Shown: positions 29,919 through 39,904, numbered from the stretch's first letter. The stretch: 55,387 bases of DNA from an uncultured Candidatus Saccharibacteria bacterium (GCA_964453135.1 CAYVOL010000006.1:1-55387), one strand, 5' to 3'. Numbers and translations: made by a program. The notes: generated by a model not told the origin, from the letters alone.

Positions 29919-30350
29919 ATGCAACTTCATCAACTAAAACCACAATACAAAAATAAAGGCAAAAAACGCGTAGGACGGGGAGGAAAACGGGGCACTTATT
30001 CCGGCAAAGGAGCAAAAGGACAAAAATCGCGGGCCGGCCATCGCATCAGGCCGGCGCTGCGCGACACTTTAATCCGCATTCCTAAATTGCGCGGGTTCAA
30101 AAACAAGCCCTTGCAACCCCAAGCCGTGGCAATTAACATTGAAAAACTGAAAAAATTGGCGGAGAAGGGAATTGTTAAAATAAACATTACGGTATTGATA
30201 GAAAACGGATTGATAAAAAAATCCGACAAAAGAGTGAAAATTTTAGGAAAAGGAGAAATCAACAAACCGCTTCAGATAGAAGAGTTGGATATTTCCCAAC
30301 CGGCGCAGAAAAAGATTGAAGCCGCCGGCGGGAAAATAGTACAAAAGTAA
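29919..30350 (+). CDS. rplO: 50S ribosomal protein L15
   Basis: RVGRG, GKGAKGQKSRAG, VKILGKG, IEAAGG. Confidence 0.97.
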   Translation: MQLHQLKPQYKNKGKKRVGRGGKRGTYSGKGAKGQKSRAGHRIRPALRDTLIRIPKLRGFKNKPLQPQAVAINIEKLKKLAEKGIVKINITVLIENGLIKKSDKRVKILGKGEINKPLQIEELDISQPAQKKIEAAGGKIVQK

Positions 30351-30355
30351 AAAGA

Positions 30356-31624
30356 ATGGAAAAATTTCTTCAAATATTCAGAGTTCCTGATTTGCGGCGC
30401 AAAATTTTAGTTGTCGCCGGCTGGCTTGTCGCTTTTAGGGCTCTGGTGGCCGTGCCTATCTCCGGTGTTGACGCGGCTAATTTGAAAGCACTTTTTGAGT
30501 CTAGCCAGCTTCTAGGATTTTTAGGCGTGATGACCGGCGGCGCTTTAACTTTGAAAAATATCTCCATTATGATGTTGGGGGTCGGTCCGTACATTACCGC
30601 CACCATCATTATGCAGCTTCTCACCATGATCTTTCCTCGTCTGAAGGAAATTTACTACGAGGAAGGAGCCATCGGCCGCGCGAAATTTAACCGCATTTCG
30701 CGCTACATCACCGTTCCTTTGGCCGCTTTACAGGCTTACGGATTTTTGAATCTTTTAGTTTCGCAAAGAGTGCTGAATCACTTAAGCCCTTTTGATATGG
30801 TCCGCAATGTTATTTTGGTTACCGCCGGTTCGCTGGTGGCAATGTGGATAGGAGAAATAATCAATGAGCAAAAAATCGGCAATGGAATTTCTTTGATTAT
30901 TTTTGCCGGCATTGTCAGTAATCTCCCTGTTTCTGTTTATAACGCCATCACCGCTTATAACCCCAATGATTTACCCGGTTACTTGCTGTTCCTCGCGGTG
31001 GCAATTTTAGTTATCGCCGGCGTTGTTTTTATCAACGAGGGCGAGCGGAAAATTCCTGTTTCTTACGCCAAGCAGGTTAGGGGAATAAAAATGTACGGAG
31101 GCGTTTCCACTTATCTTCCCATCAAAGTAAATCAGGCCGGAGTCATTCCCATTATTTTTGCCATTTCTGTTTTGCTTTTCCCGCAGTTCATAAGCCAGGC
31201 GAGCGCCGTTATCTCGAGGGATTTCTCCGTCAAGGCGGTTGCTTTTGTCAACCAGTTTTTCAACAATTCTTATTTTTACGCCGCCGCCTATTTTATTTTG
31301 GTTTTTATTTTTACTTATTTTTACACCGCGGTTACTTTTGACCCTTCGGAAATTGCCAAGAATCTTCAAAAATCGGGCGGATTTATCACCGGCATCCGTC
31401 CGGGAGACTCCACCGCCGCTTTTCTTTTGAAAATCATCAGCCGTATCACTTTCTGGGGGGCGATATTTTTAGGTATTATCGCTGTTTTGCCGAACATTCT
31501 TCACATCATCACCGGTATCGCTGTTCTAACCATAGGCGGTACAGCCATTTTAATAGTTGTTTCCGTGGCGCTGGAAACTTTGCGCCAGATAAATTCGCAG
31601 TTGCTGGCAAGGGAATACGAATAA
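30356..31624 (+). CDS. secY: preprotein translocase SecY
   Basis: LGVGPYITA, GNGISLIIFAGI, NQAGVIPIIFA, GIRPG. Confidence 0.98.
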   Translation: MEKFLQIFRVPDLRRKILVVAGWLVAFRALVAVPISGVDAANLKALFESSQLLGFLGVMTGGALTLKNISIMMLGVGPYITATIIMQLLTMIFPRLKEIYYEEGAIGRAKFNRISRYITVPLAALQAYGFLNLLVSQRVLNHLSPFDMVRNVILVTAGSLVAMWIGEIINEQKIGNGISLIIFAGIVSNLPVSVYNAITAYNPNDLPGYLLFLAVAILVIAGVVFINEGERKIPVSYAKQVRGIKMYGGVSTYLPIKVNQAGVIPIIFAISVLLFPQFISQASAVISRDFSVKAVAFVNQFFNNSYFYAAAYFILVFIFTYFYTAVTFDPSEIAKNLQKSGGFITGIRPGDSTAAFLLKIISRITFWGAIFLGIIAVLPNILHIITGIAVLTIGGTAILIVVSVALETLRQINSQLLAREYE

Positions 31625-31633
31625 AAGAATTTT

Positions 31634-32353
31634 ATGAACCGCCAAGTGATCATAATCTATGGTCCGCCCAGCTCGGGCAAAGGCACTCAAGCCAGGCTGT
31701 TATCGGATAAATTAGGATTTTTTAACTTTGACACCGGCGCTCTTATAAGGGACATTCTTTACGATCCTCAATATAAAAACAACAAAGAAGTTCAAAGAGA
31801 AAAAATTCTTAACGAAGCAGGCAAGCTGTGTACTCCCTCCTGGGTGTTTCAAATTGTTTCTCGGAAAGTAGAAGAGTTGAACAGGTCTAATCAATCCATA
31901 ATTTTCAGCGGCTCTCCGCGTACCTTACACGAAGCGTTTGGATTTAACGAAAATAATGCCAAAGAAAAAGTTAGCGCGCGCGGACAAAAGGAAAATGGGT
32001 TATTTAGTTTGCTGGAAAAATTTTACGGCAAAGAAAATATCCATATTTTCCAGATTATTGTTTCCGAAAAAGAGGTTGTTCAAAGAAATAAGCACCGGCT
32101 TGTTTGCTCCGTGTGCGATTTGTCCTTTATCCGCTCGCGGAAAAAATTAAAAACTTGTCCTTTTTGCGGAGGGAGTTTCAGCAAAAGGAAGGATGACAAA
32201 AAAGGAATTATTTTTGAACGGCTGAAAGAGTATGAGGAACGCACCGCGCCTATTTTCCAAGAATTGAAGAGAAGAAAATATAAAATTACCAAAATTGACG
32301 GTTCGCCCTTGCCTTATAAAATCCACCAGAAGATTTTGTCTCATCTTCAATAA
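31634..32353 (+). CDS. adk: adenylate kinase (zinc-LID type)
   Basis: GPPSSGKGTQ, GSPRT, CSVC...CPFC, RKDD; follows secY. Confidence 0.88.
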   Translation: MNRQVIIIYGPPSSGKGTQARLLSDKLGFFNFDTGALIRDILYDPQYKNNKEVQREKILNEAGKLCTPSWVFQIVSRKVEELNRSNQSIIFSGSPRTLHEAFGFNENNAKEKVSARGQKENGLFSLLEKFYGKENIHIFQIIVSEKEVVQRNKHRLVCSVCDLSFIRSRKKLKTCPFCGGSFSKRKDDKKGIIFERLKEYEERTAPIFQELKRRKYKITKIDGSPLPYKIHQKILSHLQ

Positions 32354-32407
32354 GAATTTGTTTCATTGGAAATTCTTAAAATTAAAAATTAATCTCCCTA
32401 TTAGGCC

Positions 32408-33196
32408 ATGGTCAAAATTTATACTCTCGAAGAAATAAATAAAGCGCGGCAATCGGGAAAGATTTTAGCGAAAGTGATGAAGGAATTGGAAAAAAAAGCG
32501 CAAGCCGGAATTCTTTTAAGCGACTTAAACGACTTGGCTTTCCGTTTGATTAAAAAAGAAAACGCCGAGCCGGCGTTTTTGGGTTATCAGCCCGGCGGAG
32601 CCGAGCATCCTTACGCTTACTCTATTTGCGCTTCTGTTAACGACGTAGTGGTCCACGGCGCGCCTACGGCTTATAAATTAAAAAACGGCGATATCTTGAA
32701 AATTGATTTAGGAGTTAGATATTCTTCCAATCGCGCGGAAGGGAAAGGATTTTATTTTTATTCAGATGCGGCTATTACTGTGGGGATAGGAGGTATTTCC
32801 GGTGAGGCCGCGCTTTTAATTAAAGCCGTTGAAGAAGCCCTAAAAGATGCGATTAAAATAGCCAAACCCGGCAATTATTTAGGCGATATTGGCTGGGCTA
32901 TTGAAAAAACCGCCAAAAAATATAGAGTCAAGGTGATTAAAAGTTTGACCGGCCACGGCATCGGAAAAAATCTTCACGAAGAGCCGACCATTTACAATTA
33001 CGGCAATAAAAAAGAAGGAATTAAATTAAGAGAAGGAATGATTTTAGCCATAGAGCCGATGTTTTCTTTGAGCACTGAAGACGTACGCCAGTTAAAAGAC
33101 GAAAGCTGGGCCACTGCTGACGGCTCATTATCCGCCCATTTTGAACACACCATTGCCTTAACCGGCAAGGGAAACATAGTATTGACTTTACCTTGA
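32408..33196 (+). CDS. map: type I methionine aminopeptidase
   Basis: CASVNDVVVHG, GHGIG..LHEEP, AIEPM, SAHFEHT. Confidence 0.97.
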   Translation: MVKIYTLEEINKARQSGKILAKVMKELEKKAQAGILLSDLNDLAFRLIKKENAEPAFLGYQPGGAEHPYAYSICASVNDVVVHGAPTAYKLKNGDILKIDLGVRYSSNRAEGKGFYFYSDAAITVGIGGISGEAALLIKAVEEALKDAIKIAKPGNYLGDIGWAIEKTAKKYRVKVIKSLTGHGIGKNLHEEPTIYNYGNKKEGIKLREGMILAIEPMFSLSTEDVRQLKDESWATADGSLSAHFEHTIALTGKGNIVLTLP

Positions 33197-33270
33197 AGAT
33201 GCCGGATACTTTTTAAGATTTTTATTCTGTTTTATTCTGGGAATTCGCGAATATAAAGGAATTTTTTATT

Positions 33271-33993
33271 ATGCCGCCTTATCTTTCCGTCATTATTCCC
33301 GCCTATAACGAAGCAAAACGTTTGCCCCTTACTCTGATTGATATTAACAAACATCTTTCCCGGGCTGATTTTACCTATGAAATAATCGTGGTTGACAATA
33401 ATTCCACAGATGGAACAAAAGAAATAGCGGAAAGATTGTCTCATTTGCTGAAAAATATAAAAGTTATTGAGTGCCGCACGCAGGGCAAGGGAGCGGCAGT
33501 AAAAGAAGGGATGCTGGGCGCCCGAGGAAATATCCGTTTGTTTATGGACGCAGACAACTCCACCACCATTGATCAGTTTTATAAGATGATTCCTTATTTT
33601 CGGGAAGGATACGGGGTGGTGATTGCTTCGCGGGACATTGAGGGAGCAAAACTTATTCCTCCTCAACCTTGGTACAAGCGCGCGGGAGGCAATGCCGGAA
33701 ATTTAATCATTCAAGCGCTTTTGCTCCCGGGCATTTGGGATACTCAATGCGGGTTTAAGGCATTTACCAAGGAAGCGGCTTTAAAAATATTTCCTCTTTT
33801 AAAAGTGAAACATTGGGGTTTTGACGCGGAAGCTCTTTCTTTGGCTAAAAAAGCAGGATTTCGCATTAAAGAAATTCCGGCAATTTGGGTTAACAATCCG
33901 TTTTCCAAAGTCAAAGCCAGCGCTTATGCGGAAGTTTTATGGGAGGTCGTTAAAATACGATGGTGGCTTTGGACCGGACAGTACAGGTATTAA
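33271..33993 (+). CDS. GT2 glycosyltransferase (polyprenol-phosphate glucosyltransferase-like)
   Basis: SVIIPAYNE, VDNNSTDGT, GKGAAV, FMDAD, DTQCGFK. Confidence 0.9.
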   Translation: MPPYLSVIIPAYNEAKRLPLTLIDINKHLSRADFTYEIIVVDNNSTDGTKEIAERLSHLLKNIKVIECRTQGKGAAVKEGMLGARGNIRLFMDADNSTTIDQFYKMIPYFREGYGVVIASRDIEGAKLIPPQPWYKRAGGNAGNLIIQALLLPGIWDTQCGFKAFTKEAALKIFPLLKVKHWGFDAEALSLAKKAGFRIKEIPAIWVNNPFSKVKASAYAEVLWEVVKIRWWLWTGQYRY

Positions 33994-33995
33994 AA

Positions 33996-34096
33996 AACTT
34001 GAATCTTAAAACTTGAAACATAAGTTTTAAATCATCGGTTAAAATTTTAACAGAAGATTCCAATAATATTCCAGATTTAAGTCTTAAGTTCCAAGA
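33996..34096. repeat. degenerate 7-nt repeat arms with a complementary partner
   Basis: AACTTGA-ATCTTAA-AACTTGA-AACATAA ... TTCCAGA-TTTAAGT-CTTAAGT-TCCAAGA. Confidence 0.6.
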
Positions 34097-34103
34097 TAGT
34101 ATC

Positions 34104-34556
34104 ATGCATTATCTTTCCCAGGAAAAATTTCATAACCTAAAAGAAGAGCTTGAGCGGCTTAAAAAAGAAGGCCGGCAGGAAATTGCCGAGCGCTTGCGCC
34201 AGGCGAAAGAATTGGGCGATTTGTCGGAAAACGCCGAGTATTCCGAAGCGAAAGATGCTCAATCAAAAATAGAAACGCGCATCATTGAACTGGAAAATAT
34301 TTTGAGAAACAGCTCTATTATTAAAAAATCCTCCTCTAAAAATCAGGTAGAAATCGGCTCGGTTATCAAGTTGGAAAAAAGCGGCAAAGAATTTACCTAT
34401 ACCATTGTCGGGTCTGACGAAGCCAACCCTCAAAGCAATTTTATCTCCAATGAATCTCCTTTAGGCAGAGCTTTTCTGAACAAAAAAAGCGGGGATGTTG
34501 TTGAGGTGGAAACTCCCAAAGGAAAAAGCAAATATAAAATTATTGAGATAAACTAG
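34104..34556 (+). CDS. greA: transcription elongation factor GreA
   Basis: GDLSENAEY, IVGSDEA, ISNESPLG. Confidence 0.97.
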   Translation: MHYLSQEKFHNLKEELERLKKEGRQEIAERLRQAKELGDLSENAEYSEAKDAQSKIETRIIELENILRNSSIIKKSSSKNQVEIGSVIKLEKSGKEFTYTIVGSDEANPQSNFISNESPLGRAFLNKKSGDVVEVETPKGKSKYKIIEIN

Positions 34557-34619
34557 TAAGCAAACTTAAAACTTTGAAACCGAGACCTTACCAAGACCTT
34601 GGCATTTGAGTTTTTGTTT

Positions 34620-36212
34620 ATGTACTGGGCCGACCAATTAGCAGAACAAATAAAATCTTGCTGTAAAGATAAGATGGAGAGAAAAATCCCTCTTGTTATT
34701 CGCGATGAAAAGACCGCTTCCGGCCGCGTTCATGTCGGCTCTCTTCGCGGCGTGGCTATACACGGAATAATTTCCGAAATACTCTCGGAAAAAGGGATAG
34801 CCAACAAATTTCTTTACGAGATTAACGATTTTGATCCGATGGATAGCCTGCCTGCTTATTTGGACAAGGATTTTTTTTCGCCTTATATGGGAAGGCCTTT
34901 ACGCGACATTCCTTCTCCCGACGGCAAGGCTAAAAATTACGCCGAATACTTCGCGGAAGAATTTATCGGCGTGATAAAAGAAATGGGATTTCAGCCGGAA
35001 TATTATCGCTCCGGCGATTTGTATAAAGAAGGGAAATTCAATGAAGTCATCCGTTTGTCTTTGGAAAACGCGGAAAAAATCAGGGAAATATACCGGAAAA
35101 TTTCCGGCTCAGTAAAGCCGGATGACTGGCTGCCGTTTCAAGCGGTTTGCGAAAATTGCGGGAAAATAGGCACAACAAAAACGCGCGCCTTTGACGGAGA
35201 AAAAGTAAAATATGTTTGCGAACCCGGCTTGGTGGAATGGGCTGTCGGCTGCGGACATCAGGGAGAAATCTCTCCTTACAACGGAAACGGCAAACTTCCC
35301 TGGAAAGTGGAGTGGGCGGCGAAATTTTCTATTCTTGATGTGGATATTGAGGGAGCCGGCAAGGACCATTCCACTAAAGGCGGTTCGCGGGAAATCGCCG
35401 ACGCTATTTGCCGGGAAATTTTTGGGAAAGAACCGCCTTTCAACATCCCTTATGAATTTTTCCATATCGCTGGAAAAAAAATGTCCTCTTCCAAGGGATT
35501 CGGCGCTTCTTCGCGAGAAATGGCCGATTTACTTCCGCCGGAAATCTTGCGGCTTTTGCTTTTGGGAAAAGATTACAGGCAGGTGATTGATTTCGTTCCC
35601 GACGGCGACACTATTCCCGTTCTTTTTGACCAGTATGACAAACTGGCGGAAAATTATTTTTCCCAGAAACAAGACGATTATTCGCGGATGTTTTCGCTTA
35701 GTCACTTGCCGCCGGAAAGAAAAAACATTGCTTCAAGATTTTTGCCTCGCTTTTCGCAAATAGCTTTTTTGGCGCAAATGCCCCATATGAATATCAATTT
35801 AGAAGTTGAAAAATTAAAAGGCGCTCCTTTAACCGAAGACGATATTCAGGAAATCAACATCCGGAAAAGATACGCGCTTTATTGGATCAATCTTTACGCG
35901 CCGGAGGATCATAAATTCGCTCTTCAAGAGGAAAAACTTCCCGAATCTGCCAGACATTTGTCTGCTACTCAAAAAAATGTTTTGGCGAAAATTTTGGAAT
36001 TAGTAAAATCAAAAGACGTGTTAGATGGGCAGGAATTTCATCATCGACTGCATAATTTGAAAGAAGAAACCGGCATCGCTCCGCGGGAAATGTTCAGCGC
36101 TTTGTATCTTATTTTTTTAGGAAAAGAATCGGGTCCCAAAGCCGGCTGGTTTTTAGGCGTTTTGGACAAGAAATTCTTGGAAAAAAGATTGGAGGAAGCT
36201 GTTAAAAGTTAA
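34620..36212 (+). CDS. lysS: class I lysyl-tRNA synthetase
   Basis: YWAD, SGRVHVGSLR, CENCG, GKLPWKVEW, GKDH, KMSSSKG, GPKAG. Confidence 0.93.
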   Translation: MYWADQLAEQIKSCCKDKMERKIPLVIRDEKTASGRVHVGSLRGVAIHGIISEILSEKGIANKFLYEINDFDPMDSLPAYLDKDFFSPYMGRPLRDIPSPDGKAKNYAEYFAEEFIGVIKEMGFQPEYYRSGDLYKEGKFNEVIRLSLENAEKIREIYRKISGSVKPDDWLPFQAVCENCGKIGTTKTRAFDGEKVKYVCEPGLVEWAVGCGHQGEISPYNGNGKLPWKVEWAAKFSILDVDIEGAGKDHSTKGGSREIADAICREIFGKEPPFNIPYEFFHIAGKKMSSSKGFGASSREMADLLPPEILRLLLLGKDYRQVIDFVPDGDTIPVLFDQYDKLAENYFSQKQDDYSRMFSLSHLPPERKNIASRFLPRFSQIAFLAQMPHMNINLEVEKLKGAPLTEDDIQEINIRKRYALYWINLYAPEDHKFALQEEKLPESARHLSATQKNVLAKILELVKSKDVLDGQEFHHRLHNLKEETGIAPREMFSALYLIFLGKESGPKAGWFLGVLDKKFLEKRLEEAVKS

Positions 36213-36220
36213 GATTAACT

Positions 36221-37372
36221 ATGGAAAGGCATACAAATAATTCGCCGAGCCGAAGGGTTTTTGTGATGATGTCGGGCGGAGTGGATAGCTCCGTTGCCGC
36301 TTACTTGCTTAAAAAATCAAAAAAATACGAAGTAATCGGAGCGTTTATTAAAGGCTATAACGTTGACGGATGCCAGGAAAAAGAAGCGGAAGACGCGCGC
36401 AGAGCGGCGGAATTTTTGGACATTCCTTTTTATGTTTTTGATTTGGAGAAAGAATATAAAAAGTATGTGGTTGATTATTTAATTGATGGATACAAAAATG
36501 GGATTACACCCAATCCCGACGTGATGTGCAACAAAGAAATTAAGTTCGGATTGTTTTTGGAGAAAGCCTTGGAAATGGGAGCGGATTACGTGGCGACAGG
36601 GCACTACGCGCGCAGTCGCGAACTCAAAACTCAAAACTCAAAACTCAAAATATACAAGCTTGCTATTGCTCGCGACTTAAATAAGGACCAATCGTATTTT
36701 TTGTGGACATTGACCCAGGAACAATTAAAACATTGTTTGTTTCCTATCGGGAATTATCTGAAGCCGGAAGTGCGCCGAATGGCCAAAAAGGCAGGACTGC
36801 CGACGGCCGAAAAAAAAGATTCTCAAGGGATTTGCTTCTTGGGCAAGGTAAAAATGAGCGATTTTTTGAAGGAGCATTTACCCGTAAAATCCGGCGATGT
36901 TGTAATGCCGGACGGAAAAAAAATCGGCAAACATCAGGGCGCTTGGTTTTATACCATCGGCCAAAGGCATATTGGTGTAAATAAATTTAAATTTCAATCC
37001 GCCAGTCGGCGGAAAAAAGCAAAAATTGATTATCAACGACTTTATGTATCTGAAAAAAATATAAAGACAAACACTTTAACGCTTGCCGAAGGAAACGACA
37101 ACCCTATTTTGTATAAAAAAGAAGTTGAATTAACCGATGTTAATTTTGTGAACCCGCTAATTGAACGCGCTGTTTTTCAGAATAAGAAAATTAAAGTTTG
37201 GGCGCGCGTTCGGTATCGCCAGCCGTTGGCGCCCGCCATGTTGGTATCGGCGAACAGAACGATTCACATTATTTTTGATAATCCTCAAAAGGCGGTGGCT
37301 TCTGGCCAATCAGCCGTGTTTTATTCCCGACAAGGAGAGCTTTTGGGAGGAGGCATCATTGCGGACCGTTAG
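36221..37372 (+). CDS. mnmA: tRNA 2-thiouridylase MnmA
   Basis: MSGGVDSS, PNPDVMCN, ATGHYA, KDQSYFL, DSQGICF, YTIGQR, GQSAVFY. Confidence 0.97.
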   Translation: MERHTNNSPSRRVFVMMSGGVDSSVAAYLLKKSKKYEVIGAFIKGYNVDGCQEKEAEDARRAAEFLDIPFYVFDLEKEYKKYVVDYLIDGYKNGITPNPDVMCNKEIKFGLFLEKALEMGADYVATGHYARSRELKTQNSKLKIYKLAIARDLNKDQSYFLWTLTQEQLKHCLFPIGNYLKPEVRRMAKKAGLPTAEKKDSQGICFLGKVKMSDFLKEHLPVKSGDVVMPDGKKIGKHQGAWFYTIGQRHIGVNKFKFQSASRRKKAKIDYQRLYVSEKNIKTNTLTLAEGNDNPILYKKEVELTDVNFVNPLIERAVFQNKKIKVWARVRYRQPLAPAMLVSANRTIHIIFDNPQKAVASGQSAVFYSRQGELLGGGIIADR

Positions 37373-37455
37373 GTTGACAAAATGCGTCATTTTGTTATAT
37401 TGTTTCAAGTTCCGAATAAAACTGAAAAACACAACAACCGTAAGGAGGAGGAGAG

Positions 37456-37965
37456 ATGTCGAAATATAATGTTGCTCGACTGAAAGCGTTTTTCTTTGAA
37501 GCCGCTTTAGCGACTTATGCCAGCGGCAAGAAAGCGGAGCCGTTTCACGAATTGGCGGGCGCGAAACGCTATTGGTACCAGCCAGATGGTTCTGGCCTTT
37601 GCTATACAGATATCTTTTTTGTGAACGGCGAGTATAGCGGCGGTCAGACAACTATTTGGCAGAATGGTGTTCCGGCCTGGATAATGCAATATCATGGCTG
37701 GTGCAAGAATGACGATCCGGAAACACTCGCATTTCTGCGGAAGGCGCTTTCCGCCGCCTACAAGCAAAAGAAGTTTTGGGGCGGCCGCGGGCCAATAGTC
37801 TTCGAAGACATAAAAAAGGGGCTTACATACGTAAACTTACCTAAGATGTCGCCTAATAAGAAGACGGATTTCATACGTTTCAGTGGCTCAGAAGACATCT
37901 GTCGGGAACGATCAATGATTTTCTGGCATGAATACCAAGGATTGTTGCTTGATGACCGTGAATAG
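37456..37965 (+). CDS. DUF5680-like hypothetical protein
   Basis: AAGGAGG SD; TYA, Y.D, GQTTIW..GVPAW.MQY.G, FLRKAL, RGP pattern. Confidence 0.6.
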   Translation: MSKYNVARLKAFFFEAALATYASGKKAEPFHELAGAKRYWYQPDGSGLCYTDIFFVNGEYSGGQTTIWQNGVPAWIMQYHGWCKNDDPETLAFLRKALSAAYKQKKFWGGRGPIVFEDIKKGLTYVNLPKMSPNKKTDFIRFSGSEDICRERSMIFWHEYQGLLLDDRE

Positions 37966-37997
37966 AATAAAAGGAAAGGAGGTGAAATACATACTAA

Positions 37998-38036
37998 GCC
38001 CTCCTTGTGTATGGCACAAGGAGGGTGTTTTATTTC
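37998..38036 (+). terminator. intrinsic terminator
   Basis: CCCTCCTTGTG-TATGG-CACAAGGAGGG then TGTTTTATTT. Confidence 0.7.
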
Positions 38037-38235
38037 TAGCTAAAAATTATCACCAATCCCGATGTTAATTAAGGGAAAAATAAATTGCGACTAGGTATGG
38101 GGGTTTATTTTTATCCCTAAAAGTAGTATAATTAGAAAAATAAAAAGGAAATTAGTCGCTTTCCTTTCCAAAAAATAATTGGCCGTTTGGATGTTTTAGC
38201 GTTATAAACGACAACATCAGAATGGTTTAAAACTT

Positions 38236-38493
38236 ATGATGTGGGGATATTATGACAACTGGGGAATGGTTCCGTTCGGATTTGCGTTCGGACTTTTGGG
38301 TTTGATTTTTATGATTATATGGTGGTTGGTGATTATTATGGCGATTGTTTTTCTCGCGCGCTGGATTATTCGGCAAAGTGCTACTTTTTACAAAAGAGAG
38401 GAAAAGTCGCCGATTGATATTTTGAAAGAAAGATATGCCAAAGGAGAAATCACCAAGGAAGAATTTGAAAGAATAAAAAAAGACTTGAGTTAA
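38236..38493 (+). CDS. SHOCT domain membrane protein
   Basis: TM then ILKERYAKGEITKEEFE. Confidence 0.9.
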   Translation: MMWGYYDNWGMVPFGFAFGLLGLIFMIIWWLVIIMAIVFLARWIIRQSATFYKREEKSPIDILKERYAKGEITKEEFERIKKDLS

Positions 38494-38529
38494 TTTTCTG
38501 ACTCCGAGAATTTTAAGATCACCTTCAAA

Positions 38530-39786
38530 ATGGACTTATTTTCCGATTTGAAACAACGGGGGGTTATTTATCAGAGTTCCGACGAAGAAGCGATAAAAGA
38601 ATTTTTAAGTAGCCCGGGCGGCGTGTTTTACGCCGGATTTGACCCCACTGGAGACAGCCTTCACGTCGGAAATTTGCTGACTATTGTTACGATGAAACGG
38701 CTGGAAAAATCCGGATTAAAGCCGGTTGTTTTAGTAGGGGGAGCAACCGGGATGATCGGCGACCCTAGCGGAAAGTCGGAAGAGCGGCAATTAAGTTTGC
38801 CGAAAATCGTCAATAAAAGAACGGCGCTATTAAAAAAACAACTCGCGCGATTTTTTGATTTCAAGAAAACAACAATTTTCGTCAACAACAGTGATTGGTT
38901 TAAAAATTATAGAGTGTTGGATTTTTTGCGGGACATCGGCAAGCATTTTTCCGTCAACATGATGGTGAAAAAAGAATCCGTGGCTCAACGGATGGAAACA
39001 GAAACCGGAATTTCCTACACAGAATTCAGTTATATGCTTTTGCAGGCCTATGATTTTTTGAAATTAAACGAATTGCATGATTGCCGGCTTCAAATAGGCG
39101 GTTCGGACCAGTGGGGGAATATGGCGGCGGGAATTGATTTAGTTCGGCGCTTAAAAAACAGAGAAGTATACGGCTTCACCACTCCTTTGGTTATTACGGC
39201 GGACGGAAAAAAAATGGGCAAGACTGAAACAGGCGCCGTGTGGCTTGATGCCAAATTGACGTCGCCATATCATTTCTACCAGTTTTGGCTTAATGTTGAC
39301 GACCGCGACGCCATAAAATTTTTAAAATATTACACATCCCTGTCTTTAAAAGAGATTGAAAATCTGGAGAAGTCATTGGAGGCGTCTCCGGAAAAAAGAG
39401 AAGCGCAGAAAATTTTAGCCGGCGAAATAACCGCTTTTGTCCACGGGAAAAATGCGGTTGAAAAATCCCGAAAAATTTCTCAAGCTTTATTTTACGGAAA
39501 TATTAAAGAATTAAAAGAAAATGAATTAAAAGAAGTTTTTAGCGCGGGAAGCGTTAATCCAATAGAACGTTTCGCTGAAATGAACATAGTTGATTTTTTA
39601 ACTTTAAGCGGCGTATCGTCATCAAAAAGACAGGCGCGGGAAGATGTTGCCAACAAAGCTATTGAATTAAACGGAACAAAGATTGATGACATTGATTATT
39701 TTGCGACAGAAAAAGACATTCTTTTTAGAAAATACGTAGTTGTCAAACGAGGCAGAAAAGATTACCATTTTATCTTGGTTAAATAA
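38530..39786 (+). CDS. tyrS: tyrosyl-tRNA synthetase
   Basis: GFDPT..SLHVGN, QIGGSDQWGN, KMGKT, C-terminal S4 domain. Confidence 0.98.
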   Translation: MDLFSDLKQRGVIYQSSDEEAIKEFLSSPGGVFYAGFDPTGDSLHVGNLLTIVTMKRLEKSGLKPVVLVGGATGMIGDPSGKSEERQLSLPKIVNKRTALLKKQLARFFDFKKTTIFVNNSDWFKNYRVLDFLRDIGKHFSVNMMVKKESVAQRMETETGISYTEFSYMLLQAYDFLKLNELHDCRLQIGGSDQWGNMAAGIDLVRRLKNREVYGFTTPLVITADGKKMGKTETGAVWLDAKLTSPYHFYQFWLNVDDRDAIKFLKYYTSLSLKEIENLEKSLEASPEKREAQKILAGEITAFVHGKNAVEKSRKISQALFYGNIKELKENELKEVFSAGSVNPIERFAEMNIVDFLTLSGVSSSKRQAREDVANKAIELNGTKIDDIDYFATEKDILFRKYVVVKRGRKDYHFILVK

Positions 39787-39804
39787 TTAAGCGTCAAAAA
39801 ATAC

Positions 39805-39878
39805 GGGCTTGTAGTATAGTGGCAATACGCCGCATTCGCATTGCGGAGACACGAGTTCGATTCTCGTCAAGTCCACCA
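39805..39878 (+). tRNA. tRNA-Ala(CGC)
   Basis: G3:U70 pair, anticodon arm CCGCA-TTCGCAT-TGCGG, encoded CCA. Confidence 0.93.
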
Positions 39879-39904
39879 GGTAAAACTTTCACTTCCTACG
39901 TTCT

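Noticed and set aside
1382-33196. Alternative genetic code (TGA = Gly, as in Gracilibacteria/Absconditabacteria)
   Set aside because: TGA terminates rpe, rpsN, rpsH and map at the expected lengths, and conserved genes have no in-frame TGA.
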